64,000 nucleotides of DNA from an uncultured Gemmatimonadales bacterium (GTDB lineage Bacteria > Gemmatimonadota > Gemmatimonadetes > Longimicrobiales > Longimicrobiaceae). The notes under the pieces were generated by a model that ran no database searches, was not told the DNA's origin, and was given only the letters and a program-made list of their open reading frames with translations. The stretch spans positions 2,048,001-2,112,000 of the forward strand of contig OY970303.1 of assembly GCA_963716255.1 (NCBI GenBank), written 5' to 3'. The translations under genes and the position numbers were made by a program. This document shows positions 30,830-40,080 of this stretch, piece after piece; within the stretch, counting starts at the first letter, position 1; the number at the start of each line of letters is the position of its first letter.

Positions 30830-31489
30830 ATGACGGAAGACCTCAGCGCCTTCGCGCTCCTCTGCTTCTCCTCCCTGCTCGCGATCATGAACCCGCTGAG
30901 CGCCGCGCCCATGTACCTGGCGCTCACCGACGGCTACACCCCGGCGAACCGGCGGCGCACGCTCCGCAACGCAATGCTCACCGCCTTCGCCGTGCTGCTG
31001 GTGTTCGCGCTGCTGGGCGGCACCATCTTCCAGCTCTTCGGCATCACCATCGACGCCTTCCGCATCGCCGGGGGGATCATCTTCTTCGGCATCGGCATGG
31101 ACATGCTCCAGGCCAAGCGCTCGCGCGTCAAGGCGACCGAGGAAGAGGAGGAGGAGGGCCGCCACAAGGAGGACGTGGGGATCACGCCGCTGGGGATCCC
31201 CATGATCACGGGCCCCGGCGCGATCACCACGGTGATGGTGCTGATGACCCAGGCGACGGACGGCCCGCGCGTGGCGGTCGTCTTCGGGGCCGTGGTGGCC
31301 GTGCTGGGGATCGCCTGGGCCGTGCTCACCGCCGCGCCCCGCCTGGTGCGCTTCTTCGGGCAGACCGGGCTCAACGTGATGACGCGCATCATGGGGCTGC
31401 TGGTGACGGTGATCGCGGTGCAGTTCATCGTGGACGGGGCCCGCCCCATCCTGCTGGGGATCCTCCGGGCGGCCGGCGTGGGGAGCTGA
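30830..31489 (+). CDS. MarC family membrane protein
   Basis: IMNPL, FRIAGGII, PLGIPMITGPGAIT, TRIMGLL. Confidence 0.93.
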   Translation: MTEDLSAFALLCFSSLLAIMNPLSAAPMYLALTDGYTPANRRRTLRNAMLTAFAVLLVFALLGGTIFQLFGITIDAFRIAGGIIFFGIGMDMLQAKRSRVKATEEEEEEGRHKEDVGITPLGIPMITGPGAITTVMVLMTQATDGPRVAVVFGAVVAVLGIAWAVLTAAPRLVRFFGQTGLNVMTRIMGLLVTVIAVQFIVDGARPILLGILRAAGVGS

Positions 31490-31552
31490 CCCGCCCGCGG
31501 GCGGCATCGTCCGGGACGGCCCCGCCGCGCATCCGCTCCACCGCGCCACGGC

Positions 31553-31581
31553 TTGCTCCCGTCCGTGCCCTTCGCTATCGT
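31553..31581 (+). promoter_or_regulatory. Sigma70-like promoter
   Basis: TTGCTC-17-TATCGT. Confidence 0.55.
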
Positions 31582-31624
31582 CCATCCGTGGTTTTCCCGC
31601 CTTGCACCTTCCCCACCCGGATGT

Positions 31625-34600
31625 ATGCCCGTGGTCTCCCCCACCTTTTCCTGGCGCCCGCTCCTGGTGCTCCTGGCGGCGATCGGAGCGCTCGCCGCCG
31701 CCCCCGGCGCACTCGCGGCGCAGGCGGACGTGATCCGCGGGCACGTGACCAGCGTGGAGGGGCTCCCCCTCCCGGGCGTGCGCATCGTCGCCACCTCCAT
31801 TCCCGGCAGCGTCACGCGCGAGGCACGGACCAACAACCAGGGGAGCTACCAGATCGTCTTCCCCGGCGGCCCGGGCGACTACATGATGGGCTTCGCGCTC
31901 CCGGGGTACGACTACCGGCAGTTCGAGATCAAGCGGCTCGCCAACGAGGCCGTGCTGGTGGCCGACGCGCGGCTCTCGGTGATCCAGCTGGACACGCTGG
32001 TGGTGGCCGCGCAGGTGCAGCAGCGTGTCAGCCGGAGCGCCCGGACGCCGGACGTGAGCGGGACGGAGCGCGCCGTGAACACGGGGAGCCTGCCGCCGGA
32101 GCAGCAGGGAAACGTCGCGGCCATGGCGGCGTCGCTCCCCGGCGTGGTGCTGCTGCCGGGGCTGGAGGGGGAGCCGGACGCCTTCTCGGTGCTGGGGCTG
32201 GGCGGCGACCAGAACGCGGTGACGCTGAACGGGATGCCCATGGGCCCGGGCACGCTCCCGCGCGACGCGGCGGTCTCCGCCTCGCTCACCACCTCGCCCG
32301 CCGACCCCTCGCGGGGCGGGTTCAGCGGCGCGGGCTTCGACATCGGCTCGCGCTCCGGCTCCAACTTCCGCACCCGCGGGATGAGCCTGCAGCTGACCTC
32401 GCCCCGGGTGCAGTGGACCGACCCGGCGGCGCGGGCGCTGGGGAGCGAGTACACCAACCTGTCGCTGGGCGGGACGGCGTCCGGGCCCATCCGGCGCAAC
32501 CGGTCGTTCTACAACGTCTCCTACGAGCTGGGCCGGCAGTCGCGCGACAACCAGACGCTGCTCAGCACCGGCACCCTGGGCCTGCGCACCGCGGGGATCG
32601 CGCCGGACTCGGTGGCGCGCTTCGTGGAGATCCTTCAGGGGCAGCACGTACCGGTGCTGGAGGGCGTGGGACCGCAGAGCCGGCTGAGCGACAACGGCTC
32701 CGTCTTCGGAACGCTGGACTTCTCTCCCCCGAGCTCCACCAGCGGGCAGTCGTTCGGCGTCACCTTCAACGGCAGCTGGCGCCGGCAGTCGCCTGTGGGC
32801 GGCGGCGTCTCGCAGCTCGCTTCGGCCGGCGGCGAGCGCACGGGGTGGGGCGGCGGGGTGCAGGGGCGGCACAGCGGCTACTTCGGACTGGTGCTCACGG
32901 AGACCACGGCCGGGATCAGCTTGTCGCGGGACTCCGGCGAGCCGTACCTGAGCCTCCCCGCCGGGCGGGTGCGCGTCAGCTCGGCCTTCGCCGACGGGGC
33001 GAGCGGCGTGCAGAGCCTGGTCTTCGGGGGGAACCCGGGGCTCAGCTCCGCCTCCGGCTCGGTGAGCGGCAGCTTCCAGAACCAGCTTTCCTGGTTCGAC
33101 GACGCCAACAGGCACCGCGTCAAGCTCGGCACCGAATTCCAGTACAGCGGGGGGACGCAGGACCCGTCCTCCAACCTGCTCGGCTCCTTTGCGTTCAACT
33201 CCCTGGCGGAGCTGGAGGCGGGGCGGCCGGCGTACTACAGCCGCACCCTCGCCACCCGCGAGCGCACCACGGGGACGGTGAGCGGGGCGCTGTCGCTGGG
33301 CGACGCGTACCGCCGCTCGGCGGACCTGCAGCTCCAGTACGGCGTGCGCGTGGAAGGGAGCCGGGTCACCACCCACCCCGCCTTCAACCCGCTGGTGGAG
33401 TCGACCTTCGGGCGGCGCAACGACCGCGTCCCCTCTCCGGTCTCCGTGAGCCCGCGCTTCGGGTTCTCGTACACGCTGGGAAAGGCGGCGGAGATCGCCA
33501 GCTTCGTGGGCGCGGCGCCCACCCCGCGCGCCGTGGTCCGCGGCGGGGTGGGGGTGTTCACCAACGCCGGGGGGGTGGGGCAGCTCGGCTCGGCGCTCGA
33601 CAACACCGGGCTGCCGGCGGACGCCCGGCAGATCATGTGCGTGGGCCCCGCGGCGCCGGTCCCGCAGTGGAGGTCGTACGCGGTGGACCCCGGGGCGGTC
33701 CCCGACCGCTGCGCGGACGGCAGCACCGGGACGGTCTTTTCCAGCGCGGCGCCCGGCGTCACCCTGTTCTCGCCCGACTTCCGGCCGCAGCGCTCGGTCC
33801 GCTCCAACCTGTCGTGGAACGGGAGCGTGCTGCGCGGGCGCTTCTCGCTGGGGGTGGAGGGGACGTACTCGGTCAACCTCCACCAGCAGCGGACGCTGGA
33901 CCTCAACTTCGACCCGACGGCGCGCTTCACCCTGGCCGGGGAGGAGCGCCCGGTGTTCGTGGACCCCGGGAGCATCGTCCCCGCCACGGGGAGCGTGGCC
34001 TCGCGCGGCGCGCGCGTGTCGCAGGCGTTTTCCGCGGTGAGCGAGGTGCGCTCGGACCTGGAGTCGCGCTCGGCGCAGCTTTCCCTGCGGCTCTCGCCGA
34101 TCACGCGCGGGCCCTCCCGCTTCGGGTGGAGCGCGGCGTACACCTGGTCGCACGTCCGCGAGCAGGTGTCGGGCTTCGGCAGCACGGCCGGGAACCCGCT
34201 GGACGTGGAGTGGGCGAGGTCGGCGCAGGGGCCGCACCAGCTCAGCTACACCCTGCGCTACAACTTCTTCGACGCCGTCCGGGTGAGCTGGAGCGGGTGG
34301 CTGCGCTCGGGGAGCGCCTTCACCCCCACGGTGGCGGGCGACGTGAACGGCGACGGCTCGTCGTTCAACGACCGGGCCTTCGTCCCCGCACCCTCGGGCG
34401 GACCGGACCCGGCGCTCGCGGAGGGGATGCGCCGCCTGCTGGACGACGCCCCGCGCGCGACGCGCGAGTGCCTGGAGCGCCAGCTCGGCGCCATCGCGGA
34501 GCGCAGCAGCTGCCGCGGGCCGTGGAGCACCGGGGCGTCGCTGAGCGCGACGCTGGACCGCGCCAGGTTCCGGCTGCCGCAGCGCGGCTCGGTGTCCCTT

Positions 34601-35386
34601 TCCCTTTCCAACCCGCTGGGCGCCGCGGACCTGCTGGTCAACGGCTCGGGAAGCCTGCGGGGGTGGGGGCAGAGCGCCTTCGCCGACCCTTCGCTCCTCT
34701 ACGTCCGCGGCTTCGACGCGGAGGCGCGCCGCTTCCGCTACGAGGTGAACCCGCGCTTCGGCGCCACGCGCCCGGAGCTGCTGACCATGCGCTCGCCGGT
34801 GATGCTCACGGTGTCCATGCGCCTGGACCTGGGAGCCACGCGGGAGCGGCAGAGCCTCGCCCAGCAGCTCGCCACCGGGCGGTCGGCGCCGGGTACCCGC
34901 TTCCCGGAGCAGTTCTTCCGCTCGCTGGGGAGCGGCAGCGTCACCAACCCCATGGCGGCGGTGCTGCGCGAGCAGGACTCGCTGCGGCTCACCTCGGTGC
35001 AGGCGGACAGCATCGCGTCCATGAACCGCCGCTACACCTACCGCGCCGACTCGCTGTGGGCGCCGGTCGCCGCGTACCTCGCGGCGCTCCCCGGGGAGTT
35101 CAGCGAGCGGGAGGCGTACGACCGGTACCGCCGCGCGCGGCGGGCGCAGATCGAGATGCTGATGGAGACCGGCCCCACGGTGCGCGCGCTGCTGACGCCG
35201 GCGCAGCGGCGCAAGCTCCCCACCCAGGTCCTCAACATGATGGACCGGCGCTACCTGGTGTCCATCCGCAACGGCTCCGGCACGTACGTGGCCGGCGGGA
35301 CCGCGGGCTTCCTCGGCGGCCCGGGGGAGTTCTTCGGCGGCGGCAGCGGGGAGTCCGTGGTCGTCATGCGAAGCTTCTCCCCATGA
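31625..35386 (+). CDS. Carboxypeptidase-regulatory-domain / Oar-like TonB-dependent outer membrane protein with a C-terminal helical extension
   Basis: Signal peptide, IRGHV..G.PLPG, GGFSGA plug-like motif, SGPI, SPRFGFSY, GDVNGDG. Confidence 0.8.
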   Translation: MPVVSPTFSWRPLLVLLAAIGALAAAPGALAAQADVIRGHVTSVEGLPLPGVRIVATSIPGSVTREARTNNQGSYQIVFPGGPGDYMMGFALPGYDYRQFEIKRLANEAVLVADARLSVIQLDTLVVAAQVQQRVSRSARTPDVSGTERAVNTGSLPPEQQGNVAAMAASLPGVVLLPGLEGEPDAFSVLGLGGDQNAVTLNGMPMGPGTLPRDAAVSASLTTSPADPSRGGFSGAGFDIGSRSGSNFRTRGMSLQLTSPRVQWTDPAARALGSEYTNLSLGGTASGPIRRNRSFYNVSYELGRQSRDNQTLLSTGTLGLRTAGIAPDSVARFVEILQGQHVPVLEGVGPQSRLSDNGSVFGTLDFSPPSSTSGQSFGVTFNGSWRRQSPVGGGVSQLASAGGERTGWGGGVQGRHSGYFGLVLTETTAGISLSRDSGEPYLSLPAGRVRVSSAFADGASGVQSLVFGGNPGLSSASGSVSGSFQNQLSWFDDANRHRVKLGTEFQYSGGTQDPSSNLLGSFAFNSLAELEAGRPAYYSRTLATRERTTGTVSGALSLGDAYRRSADLQLQYGVRVEGSRVTTHPAFNPLVESTFGRRNDRVPSPVSVSPRFGFSYTLGKAAEIASFVGAAPTPRAVVRGGVGVFTNAGGVGQLGSALDNTGLPADARQIMCVGPAAPVPQWRSYAVDPGAVPDRCADGSTGTVFSSAAPGVTLFSPDFRPQRSVRSNLSWNGSVLRGRFSLGVEGTYSVNLHQQRTLDLNFDPTARFTLAGEERPVFVDPGSIVPATGSVASRGARVSQAFSAVSEVRSDLESRSAQLSLRLSPITRGPSRFGWSAAYTWSHVREQVSGFGSTAGNPLDVEWARSAQGPHQLSYTLRYNFFDAVRVSWSGWLRSGSAFTPTVAGDVNGDGSSFNDRAFVPAPSGGPDPALAEGMRRLLDDAPRATRECLERQLGAIAERSSCRGPWSTGASLSATLDRARFRLPQRGSVSLSLSNPLGAADLLVNGSGSLRGWGQSAFADPSLLYVRGFDAEARRFRYEVNPRFGATRPELLTMRSPVMLTVSMRLDLGATRERQSLAQQLATGRSAPGTRFPEQFFRSLGSGSVTNPMAAVLREQDSLRLTSVQADSIASMNRRYTYRADSLWAPVAAYLAALPGEFSEREAYDRYRRARRAQIEMLMETGPTVRALLTPAQRRKLPTQVLNMMDRRYLVSIRNGSGTYVAGGTAGFLGGPGEFFGGGSGESVVVMRSFSP

Positions 35387-36961
35387 GACGCCTTCTCCTC
35401 CGTGCGTGCATTGCCCTGGCGGCGGCCGCGCCCTCCGCCGCGCTCGCCCAGGGCGATACCCTCCCCGGCCCCGCGCCTCCGCGCTCCGCGGGGCCGCCGG
35501 TGCAGGCAATCACCACCGCCTCGGCGGTCTCCACCGAGCCGCTGGGCTCCGTGTCCCACGTCCGCGAGCTCCCGGACGGGCGGGTGCTGGTGAACGACGG
35601 CACACGGCGGCGGCTGGTGCTGATGGACACCACGCTGCGTACGGTGGGCGTGGTGCTGGACTCGCTCGCCGCGGTCGCCAACGCGTACGGCCCGCGGCCC
35701 GGGGCGCTGATCCCGTACCTCGCCGACTCCACGCTCTTCGTGGACCCGGCCTCGTACGCGATGCTGGTGCTGGACCCGGCCGGGAGGATCGCCCGGGTGC
35801 GCTCGGTGTGGCGGGTGCAGGACATCTTCTTCATCCAGGGGCAGGGGTCCAGCGGCTGGCCGGGGATGGACGCGAGGGGCCGCGTCGTCTACCGCGTCCC
35901 CGCGAGGGCGGCCCCGCCGCGCGTCCCCCCGCCCTCGGGGATCCCCTACATCCCCCCTGAGCCCGATTCGGCGTTCGTCGTGGCCGTGGACCTGGCGACG
36001 CGAAAGCTGGACACGCTCGGCACGGTGCGCACGCCCCGAACGGACATGAAGGTGCGCAGGAACCGGGAGGGGCGGCTGATGATCGACCCGGTGATCAACC
36101 CGCTCCCCTCCAGCGACGACTGGGCGGTGTTCCCGGACGGCACGGTGGCGTTCGTGCGGGCGCGCGACTACCGGGTGGAGTACCTGGGCCCGGACGGGAG
36201 CCTGACCTCCTCGGCCAAGCTTCCCCTTCGAGTGGCGCAGGATGACGGACGAGGACAAGCAGCGGATGGTGGACTCGGTGGAGACGGCGCAGGGCCGCAG
36301 CGCGGCGACCGACTACGCCACGTCCATGATCCGCTGGGCGAACCAGGCGAACCGCCCGTACCCGCCCGGGTTCGCCGTGCCGGAGGGCTACCGGGCGCCG
36401 CTCGGGTTCGGCAGGCGCTGGAAGCTCCCGCCCGGGGTCGCGCTCCCCGCCGGCTACATCCACGCCTGCGAGCCGGGGGAGGAGCCGGAGGTGAAGCCCG
36501 CGCCGGCCGCGGGGGAGGGCGCCCCGGCCGGCGCGCGGGCCGCCCCCGCCCCCGGGCCTCCGGCCCCCCCCGGACCACCCGGAGCACCCGGGCGGCCGGG
36601 GGCGGGGATGCCGTCGTGCATCCCCGCGCCGGTGAGCGGCGGGAGCCCCGCCCCCCCGCCGCCGGCGATGCGCCAGTTCCACGTGTTCCCGCCGTCGGAG
36701 CTCCCGGACTACCGGCCGCCCCTCGCCTCCGGCGGGGCCACGCGGGCCGACCCGGAGGGGAACCTCTGGATCCGCACCACCCCGGCGCGCCCCCTCCCCG
36801 GCGGCCCCGTCTACGACGTGGTCAGCCGCGGGGGCGAGATGGTGAGCCGCATCCAGCTCCCGCCGGGGTACTCGCTGGCGGGGTTCGGCCGGGGAAAGGT
36901 GGTGTACCTGTCGATGGTCGACGCGAGCGGGATCCACCTGGCGCGGGTGCGGCTGCGCTGA
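35383..36961 (+). pseudogene. Exported hypothetical (propeller-like) protein split by a 1-nt frameshift at ~36223-36226
   Basis: ATGA-coupled start and signal peptide; AAG CTT CCC C TTC GAG TGG moves coding into the frame of track ORF 36242..36961. Confidence 0.7.
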
Positions 36962-37007
36962 GCGGAGCCGCACCCGCAGGGGCGCTTCGGCCGGGTTCCG
37001 TGTATGA

Positions 37008-37176
37008 GGTCGGCCGGGGGAGGCTCCTCCGGCAGTGCGATACCCGAAGGGACTCGCAGAGCACTCGCCGACCGATTGAGCAGGTCCGCGGGATCACGCT
37101 GGCTTCGAACAAACGCACCGCCTGCGGACCCTCCCCCGACCTCCCGACGCAGATCCCAACGGCAACAGCCGTGTCG
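37008..37176 (-). repeat. Repeat module B, copy 2
   Basis: Reverse-complement match to 2903..3076. Confidence 0.9.
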
Positions 37177-37185
37177 TTGCAGTGC

Positions 37186-37260
37186 TCCCCCTTTCCCTCG
37201 CTTGCGGGGGAGGGGTGGCGCGCAGCGCCGGGGTGGGGGGCCCCGGCGGACGCCAGCGCG
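37186..37260. repeat. REP-like module C plus linker D
   Basis: CGCTTGCGGGGGAGGGGTGGCGCGCAGCGCCGGGGTGGGGG...GCGGACGCCAGCGCG, also near 24114 and 59902. Confidence 0.85.
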
Positions 37261-37266
37261 AAACCC

Positions 37267-37395
37267 GCGTGAGGGATTTCGGCCCGAAGGGGCGAGACCC
37301 GCGGGCAGTTTCGCGGGGCTCGACTCCGTTGCAGACGGTTGTTTCGTCTGCTACGGAGCCGAAGCCCGACCCCGGCGCCAGCCGGGGGCACGCCC
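37267..37395 (-). repeat. Module A, copy 4
   Basis: Variant stem GCAGACG/CGTCTGC. Confidence 0.95.
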
Positions 37396-37411
37396 GAACC
37401 CTCCTGTCATC

Positions 37412-37741
37412 TCACTCCCGCACCACCACCTCCCCCTTCATCCCCGGGTGGAACGCGCAGACGTAGCCCTGCCGCCCGCTCCGCCGCACCACCATCCTCC
37501 CCTCGCCGCCCGCGGGAATGCTCCCCGCGTCCCACCCGCCGCCGGCCGCCGTCGCGGTGTGGGGGACCACGTCCCGGTTGCTCCACACCAGGGTGTCGCC
37601 CACCGCAGCCTCCACGCGCGCGGGGACGTACTGGAAGGCGCGGATCACGACCGCGCGGGTGCGCGGCGCGGGTCCGGCGCCCCCGCAGGCGGCCGCCGCC
37701 AGCACCAGGGCGAGACCGGCCGCGCGCCCGCGCGCCGTCAC
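37412..37741 (-). CDS. Small cupredoxin (plastocyanin/amicyanin-like) lipoprotein
   Basis: AAAC lipobox; GDTLVWSN..PHT and CAFHPGM type-1 Cu ligands; GTGA overlap. Confidence 0.88.
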   Translation of the reverse strand: MTARGRAAGLALVLAAAACGGAGPAPRTRAVVIRAFQYVPARVEAAVGDTLVWSNRDVVPHTATAAGGGWDAGSIPAGGEGRMVVRRSGRQGYVCAFHPGMKGEVVVRE

Positions 37742-38343
37742 CCCTGCCCGAGCGCCGAGCGGATCTGCCTGGCGTGCTGGAGGTGGGCGTCCACCGCGGG
37801 GCGCGTCTGCTCCAGCAGCGCCCGCAATTCGGCGTTCGTCGCGCCGGGAATGAGGGTGTGGTCGATGGCGTCCAGCACCGCCTGGTGGTAGGTGATCTCG
37901 CTGTCCATGTACGCCCGGTCGAAGTCGGCGCCGCTCTTCGCCTGGAGCGTCTGCCGCGTGCTCGTCCCGCCGTCGCGGAGCTGCTTGCTGGTAGGATTGG
38001 GCTCCGGGGTGACGCCCAGCTTCCCCACCAGGTCGGAGGCGGCCTTGTTCACGCCGGTGTGGTCGGTGATCATGCGCTCGGCGAACGCCTTCACCCGGGG
38101 ATCGGCGGCGCGGGCCTTCGCCATCTCCCCGGCCTGGATGTCCACGTCGTTGGCCGCCACCACGATTTCCGCGATCTGCGGGTCGGTCACGGCGGACGCG
38201 GGGGCGGCCGACGCGGTGTCCGCCATGGCCGGGGCGGCGGCGGCCGGCGCCGTGTCCGCCGCGGCCTGCTGCTCCGCCGGCTCGCGGGACCCGCACGCGG
38301 CCAGCAGGAAGGCCATCGCGGCGAGCGCTCGTTGGGTTCGCAT
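37738..38343 (-). CDS. DUF4142 lipoprotein
   Basis: LAAC; VKAFAERMITDH, GADFDRAYM, HLQHA. Confidence 0.9.
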   Translation of the reverse strand: MRTQRALAAMAFLLAACGSREPAEQQAAADTAPAAAAPAMADTASAAPASAVTDPQIAEIVVAANDVDIQAGEMAKARAADPRVKAFAERMITDHTGVNKAASDLVGKLGVTPEPNPTSKQLRDGGTSTRQTLQAKSGADFDRAYMDSEITYHQAVLDAIDHTLIPGATNAELRALLEQTRPAVDAHLQHARQIRSALGQG

Positions 38344-38412
38344 GCGTCATCTCCTGGCAGGGGTTCGCGGGCCCGCCGCCGCGGATCGTCCCCGGCGGCG
38401 AGCCCGCTACCG

Positions 38413-38459
38413 AGAGTAATCCCCGCCCGTGAATATGTCAATAATTTTATTGACATATT
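38413..38459. promoter_or_regulatory. Perfect 13-bp inverted-repeat operator overlapping a minus-strand sigma70 promoter
   Basis: AATATGTCAATAA-TT-TTATTGACATATT (38432..38459); minus strand TTGACA(38441-36)-17-TACTCT(38418-13). Confidence 0.85.
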
Positions 38460-38516
38460 GCAAAAAGGGCCGCCGGAGCGTATCGTGCAGCGAGCGCGAG
38501 ACCCCGTTTTCCGAGG

Positions 38517-39173
38517 ATGAGCATGCAACCGGTCGGCTGGATCCAGCGGCTCCTGGCGAGCACCCGAGGCGAGATCATCCGGCTGCTGCGCCGCTCCAGC
38601 CGAACGGTGACCGAGCTGGCGGACGCCGTGGGGCTCACCGACAACGCGGTGCGCACGCACCTGGCCGCCCTGGAGCGAGACGGGCTGGTGCGTCAGGAGG
38701 AGGCCGTGCGCCGCGGGGTGGGAAAGCCGCCCTTCGTCTACTCGCTCACCGCGCAGGCGGACGCGCTGCTCCCCAAGGCGTACGCCCCGGCGCTGGGGAT
38801 CCTGCTGGGGGTGCTGAAGGAGCGGCTGGGCCCGGCGGAGGTGGAGACCGTGCTGCGCGAGGTGGGGCGCCGCGCCGCGGCGGGGCGCGCCGCCGGCGCC
38901 GACGTGCGCGGGCGCCTGGAGGCCGCGGTGGAGGTGCTGGAGGAGCTGGGCGGCGTGGCGGAGGTGGAGGAGCGCGACGGCACGGCCTGGGTGCGCGGCT
39001 TCAGCTGTCCGCTCGCCGCGGTGGTGCCGGACCACCCGGAGGCGTGCAGCCTGGCCGAGTCGCTGATGTCGGAGCTGGTGGGGGTGCCGGTGACGGAGCG
39101 CTGCGAAAAGGGAGAGCGCCCCCGCTGCTGCTTCGAGGTGCCCCTGAACGGCTCCCCGCGCGGCGGGGACTAG
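38517..39173 (+). CDS. ArsR/SufR-like HTH transcriptional regulator
   Basis: TVTELADAVGLTDNAVRTHLAALERDGLV; C-terminal CP..C..C..CC. Confidence 0.88.
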   Translation: MSMQPVGWIQRLLASTRGEIIRLLRRSSRTVTELADAVGLTDNAVRTHLAALERDGLVRQEEAVRRGVGKPPFVYSLTAQADALLPKAYAPALGILLGVLKERLGPAEVETVLREVGRRAAAGRAAGADVRGRLEAAVEVLEELGGVAEVEERDGTAWVRGFSCPLAAVVPDHPEACSLAESLMSELVGVPVTERCEKGERPRCCFEVPLNGSPRGGD

Positions 39174-40024
39174 TCGCGGCGCGCGCCGAAGGGGTGCTCG
39201 AAGCTCAGGTACAGGAACACCGCGCGCTCGCCGTCGCTGGGCCCCGCGCCGATGGGCACGGCGGCGCCGGGCACCACCTGGAGGCCGGAGGGCAGGTCCA
39301 TGGCCCCCCGGATCCCCGGCGCGAGAAAGAAGCTCGTGCCGTGGCGGGTGGCATCCGCGCCGACGACCTCGTCGTCGCGGCTCCACGCCGCCTCCAGCAT
39401 GAGGTTCAGGCGGGGGTGCGCCAGCCAGATCAGGCTCTGACCCAGGTTGTAGCCGGTGGTGCCCGCCTCCTGCCCGAGCGCGTTCCGCGCGGTGAACGTG
39501 TGCGTCAGGCCCGCGTTGGAGTGGGCGACCCAGCGGTCCGAGAGGACCACGCTGAGCGGCAGGTTGGCCTGCACCCCCGCCCCCCCCGCGCCCCGTTCCT
39601 GCTCCTCGTCCCCCGTGGAAAGGAGCACGCTCACCCGCGGGGCGAGCGCGACCCGCGACCCGCCGATCCCCAGCACCTGCCAGCGGTAGTTCAGCGCCAG
39701 GTCCCCCACCCCGGTGCCCCCCCGCGCCCCCTCCGCGCTTTCCACCGGCAGCGTGAACCCGAGCTGGTGCCGCTGCCCCAGGAGCGGCCACTCCTGGGTG
39801 AACGTGTAGCTCCATGCGCCGCCGCCCCGGGGGCGGGCGAACGTGCTGATGTGCTGCACGACCCCGCCCTCCTGGTTGTAGGCCTCCTCGACGAGAAAGC
39901 TGTTGTCCTGGATCGGTGCGGGAGACGCCTCCGCGGGCACGGCCTGCGCCCGGGCCGGGACCGCGCTCCCCGCGAGGAGCAGGCACACGAGGACGGGGCG
40001 AATTGCCGGGGCCGGATGGTTCAT
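39170..40024 (-). CDS. Outer membrane beta-barrel transporter (MetA-pathway-like)
   Basis: Signal peptide; QDNSFLVEEAYNQE, GVGDLALNYRWQ, LYLSFEHPF. Confidence 0.75.
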   Translation of the reverse strand: MNHPAPAIRPVLVCLLLAGSAVPARAQAVPAEASPAPIQDNSFLVEEAYNQEGGVVQHISTFARPRGGGAWSYTFTQEWPLLGQRHQLGFTLPVESAEGARGGTGVGDLALNYRWQVLGIGGSRVALAPRVSVLLSTGDEEQERGAGGAGVQANLPLSVVLSDRWVAHSNAGLTHTFTARNALGQEAGTTGYNLGQSLIWLAHPRLNLMLEAAWSRDDEVVGADATRHGTSFFLAPGIRGAMDLPSGLQVVPGAAVPIGAGPSDGERAVFLYLSFEHPFGARRD

Positions 40025-40080
40025 GGGTGATTCCTGGGGTTCGTGAGCCTTCTCGGACGGACCTCGAGGCGCGGCGTGCG

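Noticed and set aside
36500..36670. Extremely GC-rich repetitive stretch
   Set aside because: It encodes a Pro/Gly/Ala linker inside a CDS; no discrete repeat unit.
25136..37272. Very long track ORFs (25136..30439, 26124..30689, 30410..35509, most of 31588..37272) and similar ones elsewhere
   Set aside because: Arg/Gly/Pro/Ala-rich shadow or antisense frames of real genes; stop codons are rare at this GC content.
38450..38486. Plus-strand TTGACA as the -35 for the regulator
   Set aside because: The nearest -10-like hexamer (TATCGT at 38481) is 25 nt away; treated as an operator arm only.
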